A stretch of 64,000 bases of DNA from Callorhinchus milii (Eukaryota), in assembly GCF_018977255.1 (NCBI RefSeq), contig NW_024704746.1:21762001-21826000 (forward strand), written 5' to 3'. Under the pieces are notes generated by a model. It saw nothing but the letters and a program-made list of their open reading frames with translations, was not told the DNA's origin and searched no databases. Within the stretch, counting starts at the first letter, position 1. Each line of letters begins with the position of its first letter. A program made the translations under genes and the position numbers. Below, piece by piece: positions 11,401 through 22,565 of the stretch.

Positions 11401-14400
11401 CTGAACGGGGAAAATAACCCCCCGCTTGTTAAAAAAATGTCTCGCAGGACGGGACTGTTCAATCACTTTGCTCCCCCCAGCCCACCCTTAAAGGACACAT
11501 AACTTGTCCCCACCCACACACACACAGCCCCACCACCGCTGGCAGACAGACCGCAGGGGCCTTGGCTAAGAGAGCGAAGGGCAGGTGACCGTGAGCACAA
11601 TTCAAAAGGAAGGTTTTCAGGCGGGGAAGGGAGGAGGGAGTGGGTAGGGCGGGGGCAGAGCAGAGGGATTGAGTGACGTAGAGGATCTCGCTGAGTCTCG
11701 GCAAAGAAAACTCACTCGCTCGTTCCAGCAGACAGAAGTAACTGAGTCGCCATCTATGGACAAGTCGCACAGCCTCGTTACCTGGAAAACAAGCGCACAA
11801 ACAACCTCAAGGGAAAATATACATCGACATTTGACCTAAAGCCAACCTAAGGGAACTCAAGACCAAAGCGTATTTGTGAACTATTCGGCTCACACGCCAC
11901 GCAGTCAATTCACTTCACAGTATATTCTCTGAAGTGCTTTGAGACGTCTGAACGATGCAATAAGACGCTATATTAAATGAGAGAGAGAGAGAGATGGAAT
12001 AGAAAGGAGATCAGATAAAGCTGGATCAGCTCCTGGAATTGGATCTGGCACCAGATGAAGCTGCTTTGCTCTCTTCAATATTCTTAAGAGCTTTACAGGA
12101 ACACGTTGGAGCGACAAGCTTCGATCTTAAGTTTGATCTATCCCAGCACCTCGGGACTTACGCCCTCGAGACGTGAAAAGCGCTATACAAATATAGTTTG
12201 TTGTTGTTGTTTGTTGTCGCTGTGCAAAAATTAATGGGGCAGTTAAGGAGGAGTGCAGCAGGACTGAATGGGGGGAAAAAAGAAAGGAGAAAGAAACTGA
12301 ACGACGAGTGGTGAAGCGAAGGCGGAGGGTTTCGCTGCCAGCCAGAAGGTGGGCGTGAGGTCCTCTCTGCCCCTTACCTGACTGGTGCATGCGCTCCACA
12401 GGTAAACGCAGGCTCCGAGGCCCACGCTCAGGACGTTGGCTGCCGACCAGTCCACCAGGTTCAGGTAAAAGTCGTCCTGCAGCTCTGGGGCGTCCAGGAC
12501 TTTGAAGGGAATCTTGGAAATCTTCCTTGTGGGTTTGCGTGGCGATCGCAGCAACTTTTGACTGCCCGAGCGGAGAGAAAGCAAAGGCTTGGGTTATTGG
12601 TGGATCGGGGCGTAGCGGGTGAGGCCTAGTGTTAGTCGATTGGCGGATTGTTTCCGGGGGTAGGAATCCCTCACAACAAAATATATATATATATGTGTAT
12701 GTATTTGGTCACTCAAATCCACGACTGTTTGTGGGACGCTGCTGTGTGCAATTGGCTGCCGCGTTTTGCCCAGAAAATACAGTCAATTCACTTTACAGTA
12801 TATCCTGGGTTGAGCTCCGAGACATCTAAGGCGCTATATCAAATGCAAGGATTATTATTAATTTTACTATTATTATTAGTGCAGGTGGAGTGTAGGAATG
12901 TAGCAATGCACACAAAACAGCTAAATCACAGAGAAAGCGACACTTTAACCTAAGCCCTTTGTCTAGAGGACTTTCATTTTTTTATATAATATATATATCT
13001 TTTTGCATATATATACGTATATATATATGCATACATATATATACACACACACAAAAAGATAAAAATTAACAAAGGTTTTATCCTGAATATGGAATAACTG
13101 TTGAATTACCTTTTATTGCTGACTGGGGACAGTGAATATGGAGAGATTTCATTCCCACTTTCAATGGTAGATCTCTTTGTGCTCAAGGCATACTGCAGAC
13201 AAACCAAAACAGAGGTCTGTTAGTATTCACTGTTACAACATGACAGACTGCAAACCGGTGTTATTAGTGGCCACTTCGTTAGTTGACGTGAGAACTTACT
13301 CTGAACAGATTGCGTCTCTCCTGCATCGGCATCTGGAATCTCCGATCTTCTGTCTGAGGATCACTGACCTTTTCAATGCCCGCACCCAGGAGCTCGTTCT
13401 TTAGTAAAGCAGCGTAGGCCACTCCATCTGCCATTGGGAAGGAACACATTCCATCAGCATAGCGGAGAGTGGAGAGACCAGGGAATAAACAAGGTACGTA
13501 CTGTGGAGGGAGATGTGCTGGTGACTCCGGGACTGTGCAAATTGGCTTCCAGTAAAAGTCACTGCGCACACACACACACACACACAAGTCATCTCACAAA
13601 TGCTCCTGAGAAAGATGTACAGGTGCTTCACTAGATGGCAGGTCGTGCTCCACCACTGCCAAGCTATATAAATTCAACTTGTTGTTGCTGTTGACCTCGC
13701 CAGACTTCCAGTGCCACCCTGATACACAACCAAAGGGAGATGCCAATCACCTGTGAGAGAGAAAGCTTCACTAATGTGAAGCAACACACTTCGCTCTCCC
13801 GACCACACCAGGAGCACGCGACTGGCAGACAGCGCTGGGACTCTGCAATGTGACCTACTGCCATCATTAAGGCTTAGCTGTTTGGACGAGCTAACTATTT
13901 AAGCCACAGCTGAGACTTCGTGCTGCAGAGATAAAGACGACACTTAAACCACCGTCTTTTGGGAATGTTTGACCGTTCAGTGTTGGATGGGACAACCAAG
14001 TACCTTAACGTGATTATTAGAACGGTCAGCTTCAAACAAGAGAAGAATCACCAGCGCGGATTTGAGTCTGAACAGCCGGGTTGCTTTACTCTGTGACATT
14101 CTCTGGTTCAATGACAGGTGAGTCAGACAGTTACTGTACCTTTCCCATTGTCGGAATTGGCCTCTTTCACTTTGCGGTTCTGGTTGGGGGATTTTCCGTT
14201 CTCCTGCGAATGAGCAAAAACATACAGCAGGACGGAGATTCCTCCTTTAACGTTGCCACGTATCATGATAAATAATCCTTACATACAGCAAAAGTTTACA
14301 TTCGTAGAAGAGCCTCAAAGTGCTTCGCAGGATACGCTGTAAAGTGGATATATCTAACCCACTGAAAAGAATACATCCAGCCAGCGTTTGTCTGCAAAAT

Positions 14401-16193
14401 ATGCAGTCACTACACTTTACAATGTATCCTAGTATTCACTAGTATGAATAGTGGGCAGTCTGGAGATTGTCAGGTGCTTAACCGAGAGGCTCTTGTGCCA
14501 ATGTTTTTACGTTCCTTCTGATCTTGTACGAAGGCTATTGCTATATCTGGGATCCCGAGTCAAGCCCGCTCTGTAAATGCAAGTTGTCGTTGCTGTTAGA
14601 TGTGCACAACCATCAACGACAGCTGCACCATCTGTTGTACGGGTGGAGTAACGCTGGCATGCAAGTACACACAAGTCTCAGCCACCTGAGCAGGTGGAGA
14701 GAGCAGCAAGCGAAACGCCTGCAGCCACTGAAACCTCCGGTAAATAAGCCCTCCAGGTCGGACACAAAACTGCTGACATGGCCTCGATGCGCAGAGCTCC
14801 TCCCTTCCTCTGTAACCTGCTAACCTCATACCGGCCTGTCCCCCTCTCTCCCTCCCTCCTCTCCACGTCCCCCGCCCTGCCAGCCCGTCCGTCCCATCAG
14901 CGGTAGTCCTCGGCTATCCAGCGCTTTGGAGACGTCCTTCCGACCGTGAAAGCTATCAAACGAATGTAAGTTGTCCTCGTTATTTATTGTTGTTGCAATG
15001 CAGTGTCGGCTTACGTTAATGGTGTGAAAGTTGATGCTCCAGTTGGAACTTGCCCTGGTCGGAATAAACCTGTCGCCCGTCTTGCGAGGAATGGTTGCCG
15101 GTGAGGTGGAAGATACGGGCTGCGGGTTTAAGGCAGACTGCAACGCCACATGCGCAGAAAAATACAAGGTTCGGGTTAGAAACCGTTTGGAAAATAACAG
15201 TCGACAGTCAGTAATAAAAGGTAATAAATAACGATAACATGAATCGAACAGTCAGGCTATTTCAGTTAATGTTAGTATTTTGTGAAGTGCAGTGCAGAAA
15301 GCAAGTTTACAGATTGGTCTTTTTTTCTTACCCCCCAAACACCCCCCCACAAAGACATTACAAGCTCAGGTTGGTGGCATGAAAGGCTTTTTATTTAAAC
15401 TCAGATCGCAAGGCGAGTTTTTGAGAAGTGAAATCTATCCTATCACTCCAATAGTGTAAATGCTGTGTAAATGCAAGTTGTTGTTTGCAAGTGGACTGCA
15501 CCATCCGCACAGACACGAGCGCAGGTAAACCCACCTCTGCTTGCTCACCAATCGCCTCGTTTGGTCTAAAGCAATGGAAATCGGCTTAAAAAAAATACTT
15601 TCAACCTTGTATATTGGTAGACAACACATCGGTGCCTCAGACAGAAACATGCACTTCATCAAATGCACCTTTCTGCTCAGCTTTAAGCTGGTCCAGTGAG
15701 TTATTCCACCAGATACTGAATGCTGTCAATATGTTCCCAGTTCTACTGTCAATACGAACACTATTAGGATCAGTGCAAGAAGCGGTACACCGGAATCATC
15801 TTGCAAAAAACCCTTTTTGTAAAAAAAAATCTTAAAACAAAGTCTTAATTCAAAATAAAAATCGACGCAAGGGTTTGCACTGAGCCGAGAGGACAAAGCA
15901 CACTTGAACCGCTTTGATGAGCAGCCCAGGGAAATTGGAGGCTTATTCCACGCTATTCTGGTCTTGCTGTAGATGGGAACGCAGTTGATATGAAGCTCGT
16001 GTTATGCTTCACATCAGTCCCGGCCACCGTTGGAAGGTGAGCCCCTACAATCAAAACTGTCGCTGGTTCTGTGGCACGAGGGCACGAACCGGATGGAGAG
16101 TCTCGCAGCTTCACTTACCGGGGAAAGCATATTTTCAGAGACGTTTTGGAAGTGCGTTTGCCAAAGCAGCCTCCGTTCGTACTCTTGGTCCAT
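8439..16193 (-). CDS. FZR1: Fizzy-related protein (Cdh1/FZR1-like APC/C co-activator), complete, 13 coding exons, 494 aa
   Basis: Exons 16119-16193, 15015-15137, 14140-14203, 13300-13427, 13110-13192, 12378-12561, 11716-11781, 11298-11400, 10950-11134, 10073-10306, 9676-9780, 8809-8901, 8439-8480 total 1485 nt, open. [10 protein letters not shown] start, C-box DRFIPTR, KLLR motif, WD40 repeats, IR tail (FTRIR*). May be a paralogue rather than the 1:1 orthologue. Confidence 0.95.
8809..8901 (-). CDS. FZR1: FZR1-like exon ([31 protein letters not shown])
   Basis: AG/GT borders, 93 bp, last WD40 repeat. Confidence 0.95.
9676..9780 (-). CDS. FZR1: FZR1-like exon ([35 protein letters not shown])
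   Basis: AG/GT borders, 105 bp; includes the RVL cyclin-binding motif. Confidence 0.95.
10073..10306 (-). CDS. FZR1: FZR1-like exon ([51 protein letters not shown]...HANEL)
   Basis: AG/GT borders, 234 bp, WD40. Confidence 0.95.
10950..11134 (-). CDS. FZR1: FZR1-like exon ([16 protein letters not shown]...LASGGNDNK)
   Basis: AG/GT borders, 185 bp, WD40. Confidence 0.95.
11298..11400 (-). CDS. FZR1: FZR1-like exon ([34 protein letters not shown])
   Basis: AG/GT borders, 103 bp. Confidence 0.95.
11716..11781 (-). CDS. FZR1: FZR1-like exon ([22 protein letters not shown])
   Basis: AG/GT borders, 66 bp. Confidence 0.94.
12378..12561 (-). CDS. FZR1: FZR1-like exon ([39 protein letters not shown]...CTSQ)
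   Basis: AG/GT borders, 184 bp; KLLR motif and LDAP-DDFYLN signature. Confidence 0.96.
13110..13192 (-). CDS. FZR1: FZR1-like exon ([27 protein letters not shown])
   Basis: ctgcag acceptor, gtaatt donor, 83 bp. Confidence 0.92.
13300..13427 (-). CDS. FZR1: FZR1-like exon ([42 protein letters not shown])
   Basis: AG/GT borders, 128 bp. Confidence 0.94.
14140..14203 (-). CDS. FZR1: FZR1-like exon ([21 protein letters not shown])
   Basis: AG/GT borders, 64 bp. Confidence 0.92.
15015..15137 (-). CDS. FZR1: FZR1-like exon with C-box ([41 protein letters not shown])
   Basis: ttgcag acceptor, gtaagc donor, 123 bp. Confidence 0.9.
16119..16193 (-). CDS. FZR1: FZR1-like first coding exon ([25 protein letters not shown])
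   Basis: GCCATGG Kozak context; acceptor near 16211 implies upstream non-coding exon(s); gtaagt donor. Confidence 0.93.
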
Positions 16194-17277
16194 GGCTTCA
16201 CGGCCCTGTTCTAAGGACACCAATCGAGCGGGGAATAAGCAGCCCTGGAGCGTGAGCGACGTTGTCAGTCACTGAAGGTATCCAGGTCCCCGTCAGTGCT
16301 GCAGCCTCTCCTCACTCGCATTCCTGCAACAGCAAACCCAATTCAACAGTGTGTCCGATTGACATTGATCAGAAAACTGGGAACATCCAACTCCCTTCGT
16401 ACAAAACGTACGCTTATTGCAAAAAGAACACGTCGGGAGGATATCTCAAGGCCCGCAGGACTGATGCACATAGAGAGTTTCATTCATCCCAGTTCTTGAT
16501 TCAGGTGGAAATACCACTGCACACACCCCCCTCGCCATGTGAATAGGATCCTGGATAAGGCGGAAGGCCTTCTAAACTGTTGTGCAGTGCGAGAAATAAC
16601 AAGAATGATCATCCTTTGAATTTGCACCTCTCATCTGCCTCCTCCTCCCCACCACCACACACCCTCACACCCCCAAACCCCCACGACACACACCCTCACA
16701 CCCCCACCCACCCACACACCCTCACACTGATCCCTTGCAATAGTACAAGAGAGTTCTCAACTCCCAGTTCCGGCAATGGGAATTACATCATGCTCAAAGG
16801 GGTCCTGAGTGGTCTTGCGTTTCCAGCTTCTCTCACCAGTTATTGGCTGTGGTTTCAGGGCTCAAATGCCCTTTAATAGCCTTAGTTTAAGCTCTTAATG
16901 AATCCATTATGATTAACGGAGTGGGGGGGGGGGTTCCTCGTGTCTTTAATTTGAAGATTTGTCTGATCCGGTAATTAGCTCCCAGAGGAACAACCTTCCC
17001 CAAACCCAATTCCCCACAGCTCTGTGCTCTACTCCCCTGATCCCCCCCCCCCACTGCCCCCCCCACCTGAATGGGAAGCTGTGCAAGAACGCCTGGAGAA
17101 AACAAAGCAGAAAAAGAACGAACCTTGAGCTGCTCAGAAAACAAACAGTTGAACAATCTCGCTTTGTTCCTCACTGAATGTTCCGAAGTAAACTTTATCA
17201 TGAAGATAAGTGACCTGGAACCTGGCAGCGCCGGGTTACAGGGGCTTTTCTTTTTCTTCCTCCAGATTCTCTAAATC

Positions 17278-17312
<35 letters not shown>

Positions 17313-17670
17313 CAGTGGGTTCACTTTTACAGCGAAGCCTTTAAATGCTCAAATGCGCCAATGCACTCAAAGTTGCGACAGACGAGTAAGGAATGTTACG
17401 TTTTACCTGTCGAATAGCAATGATTCACAGTTAGAACAAGGTTCGTAACCAATTATTTTATTTGCAAAGATTATTATTATTATATTAGTGTTAATTTAAT
17501 TAATAAACAGAAGGGAAACAGAAGGGTCGGGTTGGATTAAAACCTTTTGGCGATAATCATAATCCCTGCGTTTGATTGACAATTTCATTTGATATAGCAC
17601 CTTGTAGCCGACAAAAACACAGTCACAGTACATCCTGTGAAGCAGTTTGGGACATCCTCCTGATGTGAAA

Positions 17671-17990
17671 GTGGAGTCCTGTAGCTCAGTGGTTAGAGCA
17701 CTCGCTTTGCAAGTGAGAGACCTGAGTTCAATTCCAGGCAGAGGGCGAAACCTTGGCAAGTTTCCTTACTCCACACAGAGCCTAATAATAATCCCTCCAA
17801 AACCAAAAACAATAATAAAATTAGTCATTTTCAATCTACGACTGTTTGTGGGACATTGCTGTGCGCAATTGGCCGCCGCGTTCGCCCACAAATATACAGT
17901 CAATTCACTTTACAGTGTGTTCTGTGAAGCGCTTTGGGACGTCCTCATGACGTGAAAAGCGCTATATCAAATGCAAGGATTATTATTATT
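17671..17990 (+). mobile_element. Young full-length tRNA-derived SINE, nested in an older SINE tail
   Basis: A-box TAGCTCAGTGG, B-box GAGTTCAATTCC, body and (ATT)n tail near-identical to copies at 26550 and 30544. Confidence 0.9.
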
Positions 17991-18039
17991 AAAGGTGCTA
18001 TACCAAATGTAAGGACTATCATTTATTCCCACCACATCA

Positions 18040-18420
18040 TCAAAATGCTTTACAGATATGACTGTAAAGTGGAATGAGTGTTTTTGTAGGCAAACCTGAC
18101 GGCCAATTTGCATCCAGCAATGTCCCACAAACAGCAATGAAGTGAATGACCAATTTTATCTGGGGGATTGCTGGCCTGGGCACTGGGAGAATCTCCCCAT
18201 TTCTTTTTGAATTGTGCCATGGGATCTTTAACGGCCACCTGAACAAGCAAACACGATTTCAATTTGCTTGTCACTTGAAGGTCGGCACCTCCGACAATGC
18301 AGCACTTCCCCAGGACTGTGTGGGAGGGTCAGTCTAGACTGCGAGTTCAGAGTCCTGATGTGAGGTGCGAACCCACAATCTTCTGACTCTCAGAGTTGAG
18401 AGAGTTTATCGGGCTGACAA
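18040..18420 (-). mobile_element. DeuSINE-superfamily element (SacSINE1/AmnSINE1-like Deu domain)
   Basis: Minus strand gtgctgcattgtcggaggtgccgacc...caggtggccgttaaagatcccatggcac plus a tRNA-like head. Related decayed copies near 19350-19520, 37500-37660, 45860-46160, 48080-48410, 53790-54060, 54650-55010, 58410-58800, 62240-62600, 63110-63240. Confidence 0.7.
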
Positions 18421-21209
18421 TAAGTTCAATAAATGGTCCGCAGCACTCTGCAAGGCATAAGACCAGACTACTTCGAAGCCAGTTACAGTACATAGCTTGA
18501 TAACAATTATAAAATATGGTGGGGCTTAATACACTTCAAGTTTACCCGCTCTTGTGAATAATCTGCAATGACACAACAGTGATCATCACAAAAATGTTGC
18601 TCAGCTACAAATTTAGAATTCATTCCCAACGTTATCTCCTTTCGTGGATTTTCTTAATAAGAACATAAGAATTTGCTGGCGAAAGAAGACCGAGGTCCAT
18701 CTAGACTGCCTTCCACCATCCTGGCAGTGGCTTGACATGTCGTGTCCCAAACTATATACTGTATCCCCAGGTATTATTTTCTGGCAGGAAAAAATATCTG
18801 ATTTGTTCTTGAAACAAATGACATTTTCCTGCTTCTTATTCGTATTTATTTTCTTATTTATAAGAAACATATTTGCCAGCTGCACATCAATGTTCCCACC
18901 TGCTGACTGTCTCTTGTCATATCACGACCCAACAGCTATTTAACAGACAGAAGAAGGCCCTCATAACAAATTTCCTACTTCCCTCACCACCTGCACCTTG
19001 AAAATCAGCTAAAACTTGTGAGACCCTGAGACTGAAATTCAAATGCTAATTGTGCTCCTTGAACTGCAAAAGTTACCAGTTACTCACAACGCATGATTCA
19101 TGTAAGCAATTTTCAGCTGCGTCCGCACAGCAAAGGCCCGGTTTGAACGGAAGGTTTCCAGGGTTCCAATCTATTTACTCGAGTCCACTTTACGTAAATA
19201 CACCCAGAGAAAATGATAGGTGACCAATACAATTCCGCTGTCACAAGAATCATTTCATCGACTGCTGAATAATGTTGTTTCGCAATCTGAATCTGAAGTT
19301 CCCACTGCCTGTCTCGTTGCTGCTGCCCTCTACGTCAATTCGCATTTTTATTAATTAAGAAGGATAATAATCCCTACATTTGAGATGGCATCTTTCACGT
19401 CAGGAGGACTCAAAGTCTCAAGTGCTTCGCAGGATTTACTGTAAAATGTCTTTTTGAACAGTGCCAGGGGATCTTTAACGTCCACCTGAAGCAGACCGGA
19501 CCTCGGTTTAACGTCTAAAAATAATTTAGACATTATGGACCTATTTTACAATAGGTTTGTACAGATAGAAACAGCTTTTTTTTCAAAAACAAACGAACAG
19601 TATTTTTTTAAATCCTCTAACCCAACTCTCAAGTGGCCATCGTCTCACTCTGCAGTACATGTTATTGTCTCACCTTGCACGACTTTGCCAGCTGTCAAAT
19701 GGAAGGACTCTTATTTGAAATTGCTGCTCCCACTATCCATTCATCTCCGACCTATTCCGATTCCAAGGAAGGTAACCAAACCCGGCCGAACCTAGAAGGA
19801 TATAGATCTGCGTTTTTTTAATATACACATATATATATATAAATAAAAAAGGGGGAAATGTATACCTTTACCAACAAGAACACTACAACGATCCATCCTA
19901 AAATAGACGCACATCAAGGCAGGGATGGCTAAATACATACAAAATAATAATCTATCATTTGCTTGCAGTGCTGAGTATGGTTCTGAGCTCTGTGTCTCTA
20001 TAAATAATCTACTGTTGCCCCTTTCTATATACCTACATCTCTCTCCTCTCTCTCTCTCTCACATACACAGAGGAGTACTGTATCTTCTTCCTCCCTGGCC
20101 CACGGCAAGTTTTAAATTATTCCACTGATAATTTCCTGCTTCCCGCAGGCCTCTCTGTACCAGCTTACCAAAAAGCTCATAATTGCTGGACATTATTGCT
20201 AAGACGTTTTGTGACACGTAGCTTCTATGTTCAGTCTTACTCTGACCGCATTTTTGTTTCTGGATTAACTAAACACCACGTCTGTGTCTGTGTGTGTGTG
20301 AGAGAGAGAGAGAGAATTCCCTGGTGCAAATTGAGTTCAATGCCCTGGTTTTATTTTATATAAATTTCTGTGTGTGGTGTGTGTGTGTGTGTGTGTGTGC
20401 GCGTGTGTGTATTTTACGGGGTAGTATGGAAAACAAACCATCCTACAAAAAGATATCCCACTAAATCTTGAAACGCACGTGACAAATGAAGTAAAATTCG
20501 AGGAGGAGTAAAGAACAGCCAAACGATGACAATTAAGACAATTAAGCGTCGGGTTTGAGAACAGACCACAGAATTAAGAGGCACATTGCGAAAGAAAACA
20601 CGCCCACAAAATGGAATTCACTGAGTCAACAGCTGACGGAAGGCCAGATGTACAGTTTTAACCATCTTACTTTCTCCGGTCTTAATAAACTTTTCTTTGA
20701 AACAAAACTACCCCCCCCCCCCCCCCGCACACACCCACCCACCCACCCACCCACACCGCCACAGGACACGCGAACATTTGCTCCCCCGGATTTCCCTCCC
20801 AAGTCAATCACAGGATTGTTAAGTCTTCAGCTCCTCAAACTAACTTAAAACATGTTCTCACTGGTTCGGTGCCTCCTGCGTTTCCTGAGAGAGAATAAAT
20901 GCAACTTCGAAAGCATTTACCGGTCACAAAAAGAAATGAAAACCTTAGCACCCCACCCACCACCACCCCCACACCGCCCCCCCCCCCCCCCCCGCCCCAC
21001 AAAAAAAAACACACAGAAAAATAGGTGAACAGATCTGGAAGAGAAATGGACCGACCTTGTGAGGTGGTTCCTTAATCAAATAGACATTGGATCTTCAAAA
21101 TATATATATAAATATACATACATTAAAACAACAACATTAAAGAGGAAATACATTGAGGTGTGAGTGAAGCTGTGGTGTTTGGGGGACGGCATAACAACAC
21201 ACCTGTGGT

Positions 21210-21612
21210 GATGGGGGGGAGGGGGGGTAACCTGGTTGTGGTGGGGTGATGGGGGGTTGGGGGTGATGGGGGGTTGGGGGTGATGGGGGGTGGGGGTGGT
21301 GATGGGGGGTGGGGGGAGGGGTTGGGGGGTGATGGGGGAGTGGGGGGGGTTGGGGGGTGATGGGGGTGTGGGGGTGGTGATGGGGGAGTGGGGGGAGGGG
21401 TTGGGGGGTGATGGGGGGGGGGATGGGGGAGTGGGGGGGGGGGGTGATGGGGGGTGGGGGGATGGGGGGGGGGGGGTGGGGGGAGGGGATGGGGGGGTGA
21501 TGGGGGAGTGGGGGGCGATGGGGGTGATGGGGGGTTGGGGGGTGATGGGGGGGTTGAGGGGTGGTTGGGGGGTGATGGGGGAGTGGTGATGGGGGAGTGG
21601 GGGGTTGAGGGG
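21210..21612. repeat. G-rich (GGGGGTGATG)-like minisatellite
   Basis: Repeated ggggtgatgggggg units; G-quadruplex-capable. Confidence 0.85.
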
Positions 21613-21624
21613 GTAACTCGTTAC

Positions 21625-21725
21625 CGGCGATTGTATCAGTTTCACACAACAACATTCGGGACCACATCCGGAGCCGCGACACTGACCAATAGCCGCGTCA
21701 CTCCGCACAGCGTCACAGAGCGACA
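21625..21725 (-). promoter_or_regulatory. Candidate promoter and non-coding first exon of the FZR1-like gene
   Basis: CpG-rich unique island between low-complexity tracts; donor CCG|GTAACG at 21625/21624; ETS site CCGGATGT (21664-21671, -); NF-Y box GACCAATAG (21684-21692); two CGTCA half-sites. Confidence 0.5.
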
Positions 21726-21774
21726 CCGCAACACTGTAACAATGTCACCGACAACAATGTATCAAACATCGCAA

Positions 21775-22252
21775 CACTCACTCACACTCTCACACACAGA
21801 CACACACACTCCCCCCACACTCTCACACATCCCCCCCCACACACTCCCCACACGCCCCCCCCCACCCCCCCCCCCACACACTCACAACTCCCCCCACCCC
21901 CCCCCCCACACACACCCCACACCCCCCCCACACACAACCCCCCCACACACACTCCCCACCCCCCACACACACTCACAACCCCCCCACACACACTCATCCC
22001 CACACCCCCCCCACACACATCCCCCCCCCACACACACACACACCACCACCCCCCCCCACACACACTCTCCACACACCACTCACACACATCCCCCCCCCAC
22101 ACACACACCCACACCCCCCCCACACACATATACTCACACTCTCCACACACTCACTCACACACACCCCACCCCCCCCCCCCACACACACACACCCCACACA
22201 GACACACACACAGCCTCAGCGCTACAGTGTAACACACACACACTCACACACA
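21775..22252. repeat. C/A-rich low-complexity tract
   Basis: Degenerate (CA)n and poly-C runs. Confidence 0.85.
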
Positions 22253-22294
22253 ATGGATCAACACTCGGCACAAATTGTATCTCAACCCATCTTT

Positions 22295-22565
22295 GAGAGG
22301 GGAGGAAGGGAAGGGGTGTTGGGGGGGGAAGAGAGAGGAGGGGGGGGGGAGGAGGGTAAGGGAAGAGGTAGGGAGGAGGGTAAGGGAAGAGGTGGGGAGG
22401 GGGGAGGGGGGGTAAGGGAAGAGGTGGGGAGGGGGGGGGGGTAAGGGAAGAGGTGGGGAGGGGGGAGGGGGGTAAGGGAAGAGGTGGGGAGGGGGGGGGG
22501 GTAAGGGAAGAGGTGGGGAGGGGGGGGGGGGGAGTGGGGGTAAGGGAAGAGGTGGGGTGGGGGGG
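22295..22565. repeat. ~30-bp purine-rich minisatellite (GGGGTAAGGGAAGAGGTGGGGAGGGGGGAG)
   Basis: About 6 copies of ggtaagggaagaggt with variable G runs. Confidence 0.85.

Noticed and set aside
17671-17750. tRNA-Ala(TGC)-like gene (also at 26790-26868, 30544-30620, 49172-49250)
   Set aside because: A and B boxes are present but there is no acceptor stem, and each continues into a SINE body and (ATT)n tail.
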